Notes: generated from the sequence alone by a model not told the origin. A stretch of DNA of 64,000 bases from Eledone cirrhosa (GCA_964016885.1 OZ024748.1:40858001-40922000), one strand, 5' to 3'. Numbered from the stretch's first letter, positions 41,122 through 52,788 are shown. Made by a program: numbers and translations.

Positions 41122-42270
41122 AGTGGTACCAACACCAGCAATTCACTGTACTACCCACAATATATATATTTATTCTTGAAATTTATATTTGGTTAAACTG
41201 AATCCCTTTAAATAATTGCTGATGATATGCGGGTGTTATATGTATTATGTTTTGTGTAAATAATTGTCAATTTATTCTTTCTGATTGACTTGTTGTTTAC
41301 ATACACAGGTACGATTATTACCTGTTTAAGAACGCTCGTCGATATATAAAAAATGGGTATAATTTGGTAACCTTCGGTCTCTTCATCTTATGTATATATA
41401 CATACATACATATATATTTCACATGATTTAACCAGTTTTAAACTAGCAAAACCATTATTTAACAGAGTACTCGGTATTTGCGATGGTAAGAACTCAGCCG
41501 TCGGGCCTCGACTCTCACTCATATATATATATATATATATATAACATTTCGTTTTTTGTATCTTTTGCAGCATGACCCTTCCAAAAATATAACAATATAT
41601 ATATATAAGGTGTCCCCACAAAAAATATAACACACTTCAACAGCATTCTAATAAAAGTGCGTATACAATTTTTGTGACAGTACACACATATATATATACA
41701 GTAGATATATATGTGTGTGTGTGTGTATACATACTTCGTTTTTGTTTTTCTTTTGCAGCCTGACCCTCCCAAAAGTACAACACTATATATACACACACCT
41801 AGATATGTGTGTGTATGCTACGACAGTCAACAAATTGTAGCAGCCGAGCTTAAGAGAATATTTCGATAGGGATTTTCATAAAATTCTATGGAAGTGTTTG
41901 CCGGAGTATTTCTTATAGAGGAGTGATGTAATGTAATCAACTCTGAACTACAAGAGGCGTTAGAAATACATATTTTGTTTTCTTTCATTAAGGAGTGACT
42001 GTTGTACATTCCTTGTTAAAGAGATACACTATCTCCTTCCTTTCAGCTGATGAACGTAGTATTATGTATATATTTGTGCATGTATATATATATATATATA
42101 TACACACATAGAGAGAGAGGTGTGTGTATAAATATATGTATGTATATATATATGTATGCGTGTATGTATAAATATATATGTGTGCGTGTGTATATATGCA
42201 TATATAAAGATGTATGTATATATATATATATATATATATATTTAAATATGTATGTATGTATATATACGTG

Positions 42271-42308
<38 letters not shown>

Positions 42309-42582
42309 CACGAAAGAAATGTATGTTACGGTAAAAGAACGCCTGAAGTGTGTAACATTTAGAAAAGAGATCGCAAGGCTGAAAAGGTATATTTACCACG
42401 AGGAAACTCTTACACCGATCCACAAATGATTGTGAGTGTAAAAAGTTTTAAGTTGACTGCGATTAAATAAAAACTGGGAAAGAACTGAAATAATTTAATT
42501 TGAATTACATTTTAGTTGTAGTGTTTACAAAGTTGTGCAATGGTAATATTCACAGACACACCATACAACTGATCTAACTTAC

Positions 42583-42719
42583 TCTTCTTCTGACGGCGCT
42601 GATGTAAGGGCCGTATCCACCTGTTCTTCGGTCCTTTCGACGTCGGCAGAAAATGGATCGAATTCATCTTGTTGTAAGCCACAGTTAGAATTGTCGACGG
42701 TACTTTTCAGCTCCGCCAT
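42583..42719 (-). CDS. RASA1: p120 RasGAP coding exon 1
   Basis: agaATGG start; MAELKSTVDNSNCGLQQDEFDPFSADVERTEEQVDTALTSAPSEE + GA|GTAAGT; phase 2 joins exon 2 to give E-WYHG; resembles vertebrate EEEVAIPLTAPPTNQWYHG. Confidence 0.85.
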
Positions 42720-43129
42720 TCTCCCTCATGGCACAAGTCCGCACCTACGACAACTCTAAATTCTCATTGGATGATTTCTCGTCCAATCGTATTGCTCCAA
42801 CCACTAACATCTTAATTGCAATTATTTCCTTCACAGCTTTTCATTAACACCTTTCGTATTTTATTAATCTCTTTCATCTAGACGATTTTCCCGAAATTTT
42901 AATGCATATTATGCACATAAAAAAAATTCATTTTCTTGATCCCCTGCATTTTTCCTGCTTCCTGCTTCCTGCTTCATGGAGGAAAATCTTAAAGCCATCA
43001 GAGTATTCGGTTTATTTACTTTACATAAGTCCAGGCATGCATTTTTTTACGATCAGGTCTGTTGGCGGCCGGGATCCAAAAAAACCTTATCCCCGGGCCC
43101 GGCAACGCTGGGTACCACTGTTACATATA
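42720..43129. promoter_or_regulatory. Candidate bidirectional promoter between RASA1-like and the 632-aa ORF
   Basis: Start codons are 516 bp apart and divergent; opposed CCAAT boxes (attgg 42766-42770, ccaat 42783-42787); GC-rich patch at 43062-43112. Confidence 0.5.
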
Positions 43130-43199
43130 GAAATTGAAAGTTTCATGGAAATTGAAAGTTTCATGGAAATTGAAAGTTTCATGGAAATTGAAAGTTTCA
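43130..43199 (+). promoter_or_regulatory. 4x18-bp array of ISRE/IRF-like sites with GAS (STAT)-like sites at the junctions
   Basis: GAAATTGAAAGT x4 (GAAANNGAAA) and TTCATGGAA x3 (TTCN3GAA), ending 36 bp before the ATG at 43236. Confidence 0.55.
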
Positions 43200-43235
43200 C
43201 TATCTGGATGGCGAGAAATTTACTAGAGAATAAAG

Positions 43236-45134
43236 ATGATGCAGATCATATTGTCTCCAAGCGTGATTCGCTTCACTCAAGATTCTATCTGTCAATTCTT
43301 CCAAAATGGGGACAAAATACAAGATCTTATTTCGGATATTATCAACAATCGAATCTCACCTGACGAAATCTGTAACATCAACGTTTGCTTAAGAGATGGA
43401 AAATATTATAGTTTGGACAACAGGAGGCTGCATGTGTTCAAACAAGTACAACGCATAAGTAAACCAAATTTGAAGATTAACGTTTGTTTAACTTCATACT
43501 TCAATGAAAATAAGTTCACCACAGAAAACGATGGTTTAAGTATAAAAGTGAGAGGTAGTCCAAGTGCCAATAACCCACCTGTACGAAGAGCCAGGACCCC
43601 GTTTGTACAGGGTGCTAAGGCCCGGTCTGTACCAAGTGCCAATAACCCACCTGTACCAAGTGCCAATAACCCACCTGTACGAAGAGGCAGGGCCCGATCT
43701 GCACGAAGAGCCAAGGCCCGATCTGTACAACATGCCAGGACCCCGTTTGTACAGGGTGCTAGGGCCCTGTCTGCATCACCTGTCAGGGACCCACCTGTAA
43801 CAAGTGCCAATAACCCACCTGTACGAAGAGGCAGGGCCCGATCTGCACGAAGAGCCAAGGCCCGATCTGTACAACATGCCAGGACCCCGTTTGTACAGGG
43901 TGCTAGGGCCCTGTCTGCATCACCTGTCAGGGACCCACCTGTAACAAGTGCCAATAACCCACCTGTACGAAGAGGCAGGGCCCGATCTGCACGAAGAGCC
44001 AAGGCCCGATCTGTACAACATGCCAGGGCCCCGTTTGTACAGGGTGCTAGGGCCCTGTCTGCATCACCTGTCAGGGACCCACCTGTAACAAGTGCCAATA
44101 ACCCACCTGTACGAAGAGGCAGGGCCCGATCTGCACGAAGAGCCAAGGCCCGATCTGTACAACATGCCAGGACCCCGTTTGTACAGGGTGCTAGGGCCCT
44201 GTCTGCATCACCTGTCAGGGACCCACCTGTAACAAGTGCCAATAACCCACCTGTACGAAGAGGCAGGGCCCGATCTGCACGAAGAGCCAAGGCCCGATCT
44301 GTACAACATGCCAGGACCCCGTTTGTACAGGGTGCTAGGGCCCTGTCTGCATCACCTGTCAGGGACCCACCTGTAACAAGTGCCAATAACCCACCTGTAC
44401 GAAGAGGCAGGGCCCGATCTGCACGAAGAGCCAAGGCCCGATATGTACAACATGCCAGGACCCCGTTTGTACAGGGTGCTAGGGCCCTGTCTGCATCACC
44501 TGTCAGGGACCCACCTGTAACAAGTGCCAATAACCCACCTGTACGAAGAGGCAGGGCCCGATCTGCACGAAGAGCCAAGGCCCGATCTGTACAACATGCC
44601 AGGACCCCGTTTGTACAGGGTGCTAGGGCCCTGTCTGCATCACCTGTCAGGGACCCACCTGTAACAAGTGCCAATAACCCACCTGTATCAAGTACCACGT
44701 GCCAAGAACCCGGTCTGTACCAAGTGCCAAGAACCTGGTCTGTACCAAGTGCCAAGAACTCGTCTGTACCACGTGTCAAGAACCCGTCTGTACCACGTGT
44801 CAAGAACCCGTCTGTACCACGTGTCAAGAGCCCGTCTGTACCACGTGTCAAGGCACCGGCTGTACTAAGTGCCAACAACCCGTTTGTACTACCTGTCAAG
44901 GCCCCGTCTGTACCAAGTGTCAGGGCCCCGTCTGTACCAAGTGCCAGGGCCCCGTCTGTACCAAGTGTCAGGGCCCCGTCTGTAACAAGTGTCAGGGCCC
45001 CGTCTGTACCAAGTGTCAGGGCCCCGTCTGTACCACCTGTCAGGGCCCCGTCTGTACCAAGTGTCAGGGCCCCGTCTGTAACAACTGTCAGTCCTCATTT
45101 GGAACGTAAATGCAGGTGTTGTGTTATTCTTTAA
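43236..45134 (+). CDS. Uninterrupted 632-aa ORF: ParB/Srx-like (DNRRL) domain, basic Pro/Arg/Ala repeat stalk, CaaX motif
   Basis: First ~107 aa are non-repetitive and globular-looking (LSPSVIRFTQDSI...GKYYSLDNRRLHVFK...KFTTENDGLSIKVRG); 7x48-aa repeats built from 8-aa subunits; ends HLERKCRCCVIL-stop. Confidence 0.75.
   Translation: MMQIILSPSVIRFTQDSICQFFQNGDKIQDLISDIINNRISPDEICNINVCLRDGKYYSLDNRRLHVFKQVQRISKPNLKINVCLTSYFNENKFTTENDGLSIKVRGSPSANNPPVRRARTPFVQGAKARSVPSANNPPVPSANNPPVRRGRARSARRAKARSVQHARTPFVQGARALSASPVRDPPVTSANNPPVRRGRARSARRAKARSVQHARTPFVQGARALSASPVRDPPVTSANNPPVRRGRARSARRAKARSVQHARAPFVQGARALSASPVRDPPVTSANNPPVRRGRARSARRAKARSVQHARTPFVQGARALSASPVRDPPVTSANNPPVRRGRARSARRAKARSVQHARTPFVQGARALSASPVRDPPVTSANNPPVRRGRARSARRAKARYVQHARTPFVQGARALSASPVRDPPVTSANNPPVRRGRARSARRAKARSVQHARTPFVQGARALSASPVRDPPVTSANNPPVSSTTCQEPGLYQVPRTWSVPSAKNSSVPRVKNPSVPRVKNPSVPRVKSPSVPRVKAPAVLSANNPFVLPVKAPSVPSVRAPSVPSARAPSVPSVRAPSVTSVRAPSVPSVRAPSVPPVRAPSVPSVRAPSVTTVSPHLERKCRCCVIL
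43659..44666 (+). repeat. Coding higher-order repeat, 7 x 144 bp (6 x 24-bp subunits)
   Basis: agtgccaataacccacctgtacgaagaggc starts at 43659 and 43803 and recurs every 144 bp to 44523; 24-bp monomers continue to ~45085. Confidence 0.95.
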
Positions 45135-45155
45135 ACAGCCAGTGTTCATTTAATC

Positions 45156-45664
45156 TGTAGCGGTTGTCTCCCTTGTGACTCACAACCCCAATAGATTAAC
45201 ATCTAGACGGGAAGTAGAACCCTTTCTGTAACTTCCGGTCAGAGCCCCTATAAAACGAATAGCTTTCGGCTCTCTGCCTCTCATTGCCCTTCCGGCGCCT
45301 GGCTATCGCCAGGCGTCTTCTGCCAGCCGCGTTTGCCTGGCAATCAAAACGGTAACTACTAAATTTGCTTCATTCTATCAACTATACTATTGTAGCGGTT
45401 GTCTCCCTTGTTTTGATTGGGATCTAGACGGGAGGTGGAACCCTTTCTGCGACTTCCGGTCAGAGCCCTATAAAACTAACAACTTTAAGCTTCCTTTCTC
45501 TCTTTGCCTTTTCGGCACCTGGTCAAGAGCCTCTCATTTGGCTCTGCCATTAATTTGGCCAACAGGCGCCTGGCCTTAGCCAGGCGCCCTCTGCCAGCCG
45601 CGTTTGCCTGGCAATCAAAACGGTAACTACTAACTTTGTTTCATTCTAACATCTATATTTCACA
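45156..45664 (+). mobile_element. Two tandem, diverged solo-LTR-like units (45156-45390, 45391-45664)
   Basis: Both start TGTAGCGGTTGTCTCCCTTG, contain ccctataaaac and a shared ctgccagccgcgtttgcctggcaatcaaaacggtaac block; the second ends ...tttcaCA; a related start lies at 46171. Confidence 0.55.
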
Positions 45665-47124
45665 TGTCAAGTATTCTATCTACCGTTAATTAAATATTAT
45701 ATACACAAACCATGTCTCGTTTTGTTACATTCATACAACCCAGTACTCTCGCTATACTATCTACCATTGTTAATTAAATATTATCTACACAAACAATGTA
45801 TTCCTTGTTACATTCATACAACCCAGTATCTTCGCTATAAATCGTTCTCCTATACTACGAGCTGTCTCACCTATGTACACTATATTCTTATCTTTACATT
45901 GTCCTTCAGTACATCTTATGCTATATACTATGTTTCTAGTTTTACAGTTAATATGGTGGCTTAGTTTACAGATTAGGCATTTCTTATCTATACAGACGGC
46001 TTTGAAAAGGGTATGTGTTACTAATAAGTGTTTTTATGGAGGTACCTGGTCTTTCCACTATCTTAATATTTAGTTTAAGTTTATCTAGGGCCCTTCTAAA
46101 TTTGTAAGCTAGTTCACCTCTAGGGGTTGTATTGATGAACATTACACTCTGGTATTTATTGTTATCATACTGTAGCAGTGGCCTCCCTTGTGGAAAAGAT
46201 GGCCCGAGTGGTTAGGCCTTCTCTCTATATAAGCCTATAGGTTGAGGAAAAAGAGGAAGGGAGTACTCAATCTTGGTGCTCCTGGAGATGAGGGTTGTAC
46301 ATTTTTTCGGGGTGTTTACAACCCCTGTGTAACGCCTCCCCCCTATTGGTGATTTCAATTGTTATTTTATTAATAGTTTTATTTTCGTATACCTGTATGT
46401 AAACTCCCCATTTGTTTTTGTGCCCTTGTGGCTAATAAAGAAATTTATCTATCTATATATATATGTGTATGTGTGTGTGTATATATATATATATACGTTT
46501 AAATTTGATGGTTCACCACTGGATAGAATTGATCATTCTGCAATGTTAATCAAGATGTAATAGGAAGAAAGCAGTCGACGTTACGCATCTCATCTATCTT
46601 TGATGTTGAATTATGCTGGTGGTGCGGGAACGGAGTTAAATATATTATAAAGTAAAATGAGGCGAAATGACAATTAACGATCGTTTTAGAGTCACAAACA
46701 AAAACACTTTTTTTCTTCTGGGTTTTTTTCTTTGCTTTTTTCCTTAAAGTCTCTTGGAATTTATTTACCATCATTCTGTTGGTATACAACTATTAAGCAA
46801 TATACACCTGATGATATCATCGGGTTCATACGCAGCCTGGCCACTGTAATGTGTGATTTCATCATGTGTTAATTACAGAATTAGTTATATAAAAGAACAG
46901 GATTTTGGTGAACACAAATAGAGAAGAGGAAAATTTTCTTTGTAGATGGTCGGCTGATTGTGTGTTATTGTAACGACAGCACATCCCCAAATTTTCTATT
47001 TTTCTATTCTCTCAGCTAACAACTTTTATTCCATTCCATGCTTCAGCAACTCTGAGCGTGAAAAAAATGTTTCCGAAAGTCATGGGGGCTGTACTGTTTT
47101 CTGATTTTGTAAGTATATGTGGAA

Positions 47125-50100
47125 TATAATAATAATAATAATAATGAAATTATTGTGTACAGTGCTCAGGTGCACTACAACTCATCAAAGGTGCATGTAT
47201 AGTACATAGAATAATGTAATGTACAAATGTCAGGAAAATGAACAGTGTATGAGTCATGATATAATAACAATAACAATAATGAAATATTGTGTACAGTGCC
47301 CAGGTGCACCACAACTCATCAAAAAAGTGCATGTACAGTACATAGGGCAATGCACAAACATCAGTAAAATGAACAGTGCACGAGTCATGATACACACATG
47401 TGTGCATGTGTATGGAAGGGGTACATCAGGTGTAGTTTTGGCGTATTTCGGGAAGCATGAGTGTCTTAAAGGATGCAGTGTCTCGGCAGCTAACAATTGA
47501 CGCAGGCAGTTTGTTCCATGCTTCAGCAACTCTGAGCGTGAAAAAATGTCTGCGAAAGTCATGGGAGCTGTGCTGTTTTCTTATCTTGTAGGCATGTCCA
47601 CGTGTGTTAGACACATGGAGATCAAAGAGGCGCTCAGGGTTGCAGTTGGCGAGATGGTTAAAAACTTTGTGGGTATTCACCAAGTCCATTGCCAGACGTC
47701 GGAGCTTCAATGAATCCAGGGAAGCAAAGCATTCAGAGTATGGTAGGTGTCTGATGGAGGGTATGCGCTTGGTTGCACGTCTCTGAACAGTTTCCAGGAG
47801 GTCAATGTTCCGAGCAAGATAGGGGTTCGATGATGCGAATTCCAAGTGTGGTCGCACCATAGCTGTATACAGTTTTAAATAGATGGCTGGAGAGCGGCTA
47901 ACAAAGGTCTTGCTGAGTGATGCCAAGACACCCTCGGCCTTCTTGACAATCTTAGAGACATGCTTTGTCCAACGCAAATCGTTGCTGACAGTAATGCCCA
48001 GGTCACGTTCACAAGAGGACTTTTTGATGTCAGTGTTGTGGAGGGAGTATGTGGACGCTGGATTTTTCCTTCCAAAATGCATGGTGGTACACTTGTCCAC
48101 AGCCAGCTTCAGTTGCCAGTCTGTGATCCATTGCTGCATTGTGTCCAGGTCTGACTGTAGGAAAGAGTTGTAAATTTCAGGATCAGTCCTTTTGATTTCA
48201 AGGTACAGCTTGATGTCATCTGCATATTTTAGTACCGTGGCATTCTGTAAGTTGGCATCTATGTCATTAATATATGCCACAAACAAAAGAGGACCAAGAA
48301 CAGATCCCTGTGGTACACCAGATGACATCTCATATGGTGAAGAATGCTGTCCTAGAACCGTGACTACTTCCTTTCAGCTGAGAATGAAGGATTTCAGCCA
48401 GTCGAAAAGATCATCCCTCACACCCATTGCAGAGAGTTTTGCCATAAGTCTTTTGTGTGGCACAGAATTAAAAGCCTTAGCAAAGTCAAGGTAAACAACA
48501 TCCACCCATGAGCCGCTGTCAGTGATTCGGGTGATGTCCTCAAGGAACTCGATAAGCTGATCACAGCAGCTGGAGTTAGGGATAAATCCAAACTGTGAGG
48601 GCCGGATGAGGCTGTGAGAGCTCCAGAAGTTCCAAAGTGTTTCTCTGACACAGGATTCCATCAGTTTGGCCATACAGCTAGTAAGACTGACTGGACGATA
48701 GTTGACAGGTGACATGCGGTTGCCCTTTTTGAACAGGGGAATGACACTGGCAGTTTTCCACTGCTCCGGAGTAGCACCATTGGTGAGACAGTATTGAAAG
48801 AAAAAAGAAAGCTGGCGCAAAAGGAAATCCCCGCCACGTTTGAGAAGCAGGTATGTCACACCATCAAGACCAGGGGAGGCATAGTTGCGCTTATTCTTAA
48901 GGTGACGTCGCAACATTGCAGGTGTAAATTCCATAGTTGTTATGGAATTTGATGTTAGAGATGGTGGAGATGGTACATTCTGGTTTTCAACCGTAAAAAT
49001 ACTTGCATAGCACTCAGCAATGAGTTCTGCGCATTCCTTGGGATCGTCAGTGATCTGGCTTGTGTGGGGATTGCGAAGAGGACCAACTGGAGAGTGAGGT
49101 CTCTGCTTTGAATGAACATATTTCCAGAACACCTTACTGTCAGGATTGGTTGCGATGCACTGTTCAAATTCAAGCACTGCCTTCTTTGTCACTTGCTTGA
49201 GATGGTTAGAAGATTTATTCCGCTTTTTTCTGTTGGCATCTGATCTATGCAGTTTATATTCCCGTTCAGCGTTCCGACGTTCTTTCCTGGCAAGTCGGAC
49301 CGCTGAAGTTTCCCAGATTGCACTTTTGGGTGGTTATTTTTCCGCTTCCGTGGCACTGATGCTGCACACGCTATCCATATTGAGTCCAGGATGCTCTGGA
49401 GTATAGAGTTCACATCTCCAGAGTTATACATCTCATGCCAGTTTGGGCGCTGTAGCTCAGTGCAGTACAAGTTCCAATCCGCCCTCTTCCAATCAAAGCA
49501 AGCAGATTGGAGATGGCTCTGGTTTTTGTTGCTGCCCTCAAGTGCCAGATTGGCAATGATCATAGCATGATCAGAGTCGCCTAGAGGTTCCTCAGTAGTA
49601 CAACTGATAACCACTTCAGGAGTAGTGGTGAAGATCAGGTCCAAAGTGTTGTCACCTCTTGTTGGAGAGGTGACTACTTGTGACCAGTTTGAGTCCAGCA
49701 CTAGTTCAAGGAAATCGTTTGCACCCTGTGGCCAATGAAAGGTTTCCCAATCGATCTCAGGATGATTGAAGTCACCTGCAATAAACACATAAGTGGCTGT
49801 TTTCTTGGCAGCAACTCTGAGGATATCGCAAAGCTGTGTGTCCTGATGGTAGTTTGGGGGGCGATAAACAACACCAAGCAGAAGTGTTGACATGGTCATA
49901 CGTATGTCACAGAAAAAAACTTCTTCCTGTGATTCGTTCAAATCAACGCAAGGAATTACCGAAAAGTTTGAACGAACGTAGACCATCACACCACCACCAC
50001 GGCGGTTAATGCGGTCCTTGCGGAAAAGGTTGTACCCAGTAATGGTGAAAACCCCATCACAGAGTAAGAAATGTGCCCATGTTTCCGTGACTGTGATGAA

Positions 50101-51720
50101 GTCAGGGTCGATGCTTCTGACGTAGGATTCGAACAGATGTATCTTGTTGCATAAACTGCGAGCATTTAAGGACAACAATTTGTACCCTGCTCGCAGTTTA
50201 TGATGGTGTGTAGAGGGTGGCAGGTTGTTCTGGTTTAGTTTCCCAGAGTTGTAGCAGTTTTTACATCGCCAGTTATTGTGGGTAGATCACACTCAGACCA
50301 GCTGGTATCTCTCTTCCACGTTTCACCAGCCTTGACAAACCTCCAGATCTGCCCATCATCACGCAGACTGAAACTTTCATCTTGTGCTGAGTTCCGATTC
50401 AAGGAAGCTGCAGCACGTAATTTTGGACGTACATGGGGTGGTAGGCCTGGGCGTGTTCGGAAGGAAATCCGATTTTCACGCCCAGCTTTAGCAGAGGCCA
50501 GATGATATGAGGTTGCCTCTGCGGGGTCCGAGAAAGACAGCCTGATGAGTCTGGGTTTTGGACCAGGTCGACCAAGGCGGAGGGCACCCTTTGGGGGAAC
50601 ACAGCCTAGGTCTTTGGCTGAGCTGGCAGCAAATGCCTGAAGATCAGCCTTGTCCTCTGGTACCCCAATGGCAATCACTTCATGGGTAGCAGATTCCGCA
50701 GTCTTTTCAGTCTTTTCAGCAAGAGGTACAGGGAGATTCTTTAGCAAGGCATTCCGATAAGACCCCTCATTGTGGGGTCCTACCCGAATGCTTGCCTCTA
50801 TTCCTGCAACTTCCCTTCTCAGAGCAGAAATCATTAGTTGCAGTCCCGCAAAATCTGTACTGGTCGGTTGTTGTTGTTGTTGTTGTTGCTGCTGCTGCTG
50901 TCGTTGTTGGTGATGATGATGTTCCTCCACGGGAATGGCAGGGGAGGACACAGTCGCAGGTTGTTGCTGTTGTTGTTGTTGTTGGTGATGATGATGTTCC
51001 TCCACGGGAATGGTAGGGGAAGACACAGTCACTAGTGTCGAGATGTACTGGGAGTGGAAGACATGGGTTGTTGTTGTTTCTGATGTTCTCCCACAGGAAT
51101 AACAGTAGAAGCCAGTGTCATAGGTTTTTGCCGTTGTTCAGTAACAATGGTAGAGGAAGACACAGTCATTGGTTTTTGTTGTTGTTGTTGTTGTTTTTCA
51201 ATAACATTAATAACATTAGTGGAGGCAGGTACACAGGCCAGACACTGAAAGGACCAGGATTTTAGCTGGACCATCTCCCATATTCCATCCATCATAGCAT
51301 TATGATGTCTCTTTTTTTGGCCTGGGATCCTCCGGAAGCCTGTGGCGCATTGAAGGCAGACAGAGATGCGACAGGTTCCACATTCGACCCAGCGATTACG
51401 GAACGAGTTTTCGGGTTCCGCACAGATATGGCAGATGTGATTTTCTGGGCAATGTTCTATTTTGGGACATCGGCCGGTTTTGTCGCATATTTCATCGATG
51501 GATATCACCATGGCAATTTTGTTATTTCTACCCATCCGTAGAAAAACACAGAATGTAAACAATATAGGTTTAGCGCACTCGATTACGATAGAAATAAAAT
51601 GTCTGTTTGTTTATGTATTTTGTTTCCGTTTTCCTAAATGTTGTGTGTGTACAGAAGAGTCTGAATTACATTACATGTAAACAAATAAATATGCTGCGTA
51701 AGTTAAATGAAACGTACTGT
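47125..51720 (-). mobile_element. Full-length CR1-clade LINE: ORF1 (PHD finger, polyQ) and ORF2 (APE + RT), few disablements
   Basis: ORF1 CHIC...WVECGTC...CLQC...WSFQCLAC; ORF2 SLNARSL, VTETW, GDFNHP, GDSDH, YLDFAKAF, GVPQGSVLGPLLF, KYADD, RDLGI, TRGH; stops at 51032 and 48374, frameshift near 49.3 kb; (ATT)n tail. Confidence 0.95.
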
Positions 51721-52788
51721 AGAAGGCAGTTGTTTATTAACAGCGAAATAAGGTTTTTTTTTGTTTTTGTTTTTTTTTCCCTGATACTGCTTCTTTATAG
51801 TAAACTTTCAATAATTTTTTTTTTTTTTTTTTTTTTTCAAATTATTAACTTTCAGCTGCTAGTATATATATATAATTAAAAGGTGTATGTGGGTTAGAAG
51901 CGAGGTCAATGTAAAGAAATATTTTACCAATGTAAATTGGTAAAATTGGCCGGTATAGTGTCTCACACGAAATAGTGAGGTTTCTTTTAAACACGTGTGT
52001 GTATATGCATATGGTATATATCTGTATATCTGTATTATTAAAAAAACCCAAAGTAATGTAAGTAAGGATATATTGTGAGATGAGCATGAATAAGTTAGAT
52101 GAAAGTGAGAAAAAAAATAATGAATAGAGGATGAATAATCTAACGTCAAAAAAAATGTTTATGTTTATGAAGGATTTTTTCAAGGTGATATAAAGTAAGA
52201 ATATATTGTATTGTGTAATAAATGTGTGGAACAAATGATTTTAGTGAGTAAATCGGCTTTAATACGGGAAATTATTTCATATACATAAGTTATATACTTC
52301 AGACAAAGGGAGATAACGACGTTCAGCTTAAGGTAAATCCCAAATTGGTTTATTAGCTTGCATGAGTAATCCCCCTTTCTCCTTGAATTATTTAATGGAT
52401 AACAAATCTATATTCACAGTTGTATAAAAAAAAAAAAATAATATAATTCTTACAGAACGAAAAGACAAATATATATGCATAAAATGTGATTATTTATATT
52501 GCATAGCTTTTATTAAATGTTCTCTTTTATCTCATAAAATTTATTCAGTATTTACTAAATGTTCCAATATTGTGGGTAAAGTCCTTTGCACCATGTTAGG
52601 TGACAAGTTTCGTTGATAGCACCCGAAAAAAAAAAAAATCATTCCTCGCTGAAATCGGTGCGAGAGGAGGGGCGGGGGGGGGGGGGGGGAGGGTCAATAA
52701 ATTTAACGAAAAAAAATAAAGGGGGTTATAACCAAAGAAGTCGCGATTTACACACACACACATATAATTAGAGAGTGAACAACACAAT

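Noticed and set aside
42902-43363. 153-aa ORF with MEIESF repeats
   Set aside because: Chance frame across the promoter and the 18-bp array; overlaps the better ORF out of frame.
43406-44899. 497-aa antisense ORF
   Set aside because: Mirror of the stop-poor coding repeat, with no independent domain.
46804-46870. CTGATGA within a hairpin
   Set aside because: No GAAA core; it is only a short inverted repeat.
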